DNA of 64,000 bases from Yuukianura sp. NJ FZ-2021 (taxonomy: Eukaryota). A program made the position numbers and the translations under genes. Numbering within the stretch: position 1 is the first letter of the stretch; each line of letters opens with the position of its first letter. Location of the stretch: positions 8,618,001 through 8,682,000 of the forward strand of contig CM102283.1 of the NCBI GenBank assembly GCA_046563655.1. The letters run 5' to 3'. Below are positions 61,323 to 64,000 of the stretch, one piece after another. The notes below the pieces were generated by a model. The model was not told the origin of the DNA and did not search any database. It saw nothing but the letters and a program-made list of their open reading frames with translations.

Positions 61323-64000
61323 TTTAGTCAAATGCGCAGAAAATGGTGAGAAGTTGATGCGTTTGGGCAGTTATTAAAAGTTTTTGTTTACTGACGTGAT
61401 TACCAAACCTGACTAAAACAAGGAACTTTTGGAGTAAAACTTTTGTTTTTAAATTGTTTAAGTGTGGGACTGCCAATTACATTATACGCAATAGCCAACT
61501 ATTAAAATTTTCTTTGAAAAGCAGGTTTTTGATTGGCTAACCATAAAAAATGTGGAATACTGATCTAACTCATAGTAGTACCAATTATTGATGTGATTGT
61601 GGTCTAGACTATGGTTCGTTTTTTAAACTTGTTTTTGCTATCATTGTTGGCTTTGGTTTGGTAACCTCGAATTTAACTTCGATCTTTAATTAACCATAAA
61701 CTTCATTTCCTTAAAAAATAATTCACACGCGACTGTCCAAAATCCGCATTAATTTTATATCCAAAACCAAAAATTCTTGGATATTCACCAGCCTGATTTA
61801 ATTTTATTTCCAAAATGCAGATTTTTCCAGATTTTTTTTGTCAAGTTTTGCAATTTATACTGACAATTAATTGTTGTGAGAAAACGCGTTTTGGTTTTCA
61901 AGGATTTCCACACGTCCAATTTGAAGGCCGTGCCATGACAAGTGCCAAAACTTTTCAAAAAACTGGAATTCTATTTTTTATGTGTTGAACTAAAGTTTTC
62001 AGGAAAAATAATTTTTGTTTAAATCGTTTCGCCGAATTTTAGCTAAAAAGTTAATCGCAAACGCTTCAAGATTTCATTGATGTTAGTTTTTATAGCACAG
62101 ATCATTAAACATATCATGGAGTGTATGACTACTGGAACTTCAGTTCAGGATTTCTGGACGATTGGACATACATTTCAAGCCTTTTTGGACACGAACATAA
62201 CACAGCACTGTATAGATTTAGACATGTGCACGTCCATTTGACTTTTCTAAAGTCCATAAGCTCATAACTCATCTTTTTTCTATTCCTTTCAACCATTTTT
62301 TATATTCTTTCAACTTTTTTTTTATATTCTTGGCCCGCGCTTTTATTTAAATTATTCAGGAAGCATGCAACGAGCACCTTACACTTTTCCCATCGTCTTC
62401 TGTGCCTTATTCCAACTTAAAAATGGAGTCTCATAGCCATTGTCTTCTGGAAATTTTGAAAAAAAAAATTCGCGGGTAAAAGCTTCCCTTTGTTCAGTGT
62501 GTGGCACGTCAGAAGAGATGCTGATTGATAACTTTCGTTTTCAAAAAACTGAAAAAAGAGAAAAGAGATTTCAGATTTTCTGATCGTTTACTTTCTCTTT
62601 TTTTCATTTTTTGAAAAAACTAGTTTTTTCCGGGTGCTCAACTTGATACAAAATCAATTCTGAAATGAAAATCCATCTAAGCTGCACCTCTTCAAATAAT
62701 GGTTGTAATGAGGTCGTACATCACACCGCCAGCTTCTGTTTTTTTAGTTTCGTTTTTTCGAAACCCATTTTCAAAAAAAAAGAGCGGGATTTTAGGATCA
62801 TAAAGTGTTTATGGTCGGATTTACTCTGGCGAAAAATCATAAAGATTGAAAAATCTAAAGGTGGAAACTATTCGAAACAAAAAGTGTTTAGCGACTTTTT
62901 TTTTGAAAAAGTTTTTTTTTGTGAGTAAATCGCTGCTCATAACTCAAAGTTTCTGAAAATCAGGCGATGAGCTCCACCCACTCGACATTATATTGACTTG
63001 GCCAGTGTTTTAGTCCTACTGTTCACTATTTGCGTGGAATCAATGAAGAGAAGGGAGGCATTAGTCTTTGTCATTGCTTGTCCAAAGTACCCGTGTCCAG
63101 AGAGCCCTTGTCGCCATGGTCACTTGTCAAGAAATATTTGAACCTGTCACATGAAAAACAACCAAAAGGACTTAGACCAAATCGAACCATTTCTTACAGA
63201 AGTGGGACATCGGAGTAAGTCTAAGCAGTGGACTCAACATTAGTCACATTTTGAGTCGTTTCCAATAAATTATTTTACGAAAAAGTTTCTGCGCATGCTC
63301 AAATTCAATGCTAAACCTCACCCCCGCCTAACTCTTTAGCAATTCCAGACCAAGGACGAAGAAAAACATCCAAAATCTACAAGATATTGACTTGCTAAAA
63401 TTTTTTGGAACCGAAAAAGGCCTCCCGCGGGGCTCTATTTTAATAAAAAAAACTGTTTGTAAATGTTAACATTTTTTTGAAAAAAAAAAAAACTTACAAT
63501 CTCCTTTTTCATTTATACTAAAAACCAAGGGTAAACTTGAGCTCCAGCGGTGTTTACTCTAAAAATTGCCAAAATTTTGTAATTTTTGAAATTCAGCATT
63601 CTGTTTTTTATGGTCTCTCAAATCCAATTTGTACTGAAAAGCATGAGATTTTGAAAAAAAAATGCCAAAATAACAACGAAACATGGTTTTCTGACCTTCT
63701 AAAACTACAAAAAGCGCGCCAGAAGATGAACTCCCGGATGAACAATTTGAAATTGGCATTTCCCGCTTTTTTCCAGATTTCGGCTAGCGCATTTTGTAAT
63801 TCACGTAAAAACTTTTACTCCATTTGAGCACCGTTACTTTCACCACACACAAAAAAATAAACAACGTTTTCTCTTATTCATTTCCCAATTGGGAAAGCCT
63901 ATATGGAACTCATCAACAAAAACTACTCACAAATTTATAAACGGTCTGCTTGAAATGGCAACATTTTCGAAAAAAGAAACTTTCAAAAACGAAAATGGCC

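Noticed and set aside
61400-64000. Short ORFs at the window end
   Set aside because: Low-complexity AT-rich translations without motifs or a consistent exon chain.

Overview
Eukaryotic, gene-dense, AT-rich window with short (~50-100 nt) GT-AG introns. It is most likely from a compact-genome arthropod, judged from the dve, raw and gbb-like genes; a springtail-like hexapod is only a guess. The ORF track captures exon fragments only, so I rebuilt genes by splice-phase checking. Gene order: a probable 3' terminal exon of an upstream gene; a BMP5-8/gbb-class ligand (+); dve/SATB-type homeobox (-, ~9 kb); a 5-exon orphan gene (+); a multipass membrane gene (+); NATD1 (-); a Myb/SANT trihelix factor (+); a USP31/43-like deubiquitinase (-); a GPR158-like pseudogene fragment (+); a Harbinger-like MITE; a small single-TM protein (-); raw-like (+); two tandem acid-sphingomyelinase-like genes (-); ZC3H14/Nab2 (-); a SEC14/GOLD gene (-). 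Main oddities: (1) the BMP lacks the interchain dimerisation cysteine; (2) both sphingomyelinase paralogs alter the His-Asp pair and carry GPI-like tails; (3) about 20 K50 sites (TAATCC) cluster in the 5' part of the K50-homeodomain gene dve; (4) two tiny introns (one in dve, one in raw) consist largely of paired EcRE-type IR1 elements; (5) the tandem duplication captured a neighbour's poly(A) signal; (6) there are several long perfect hairpins. No rRNA, tRNA or CRISPR was recognised.
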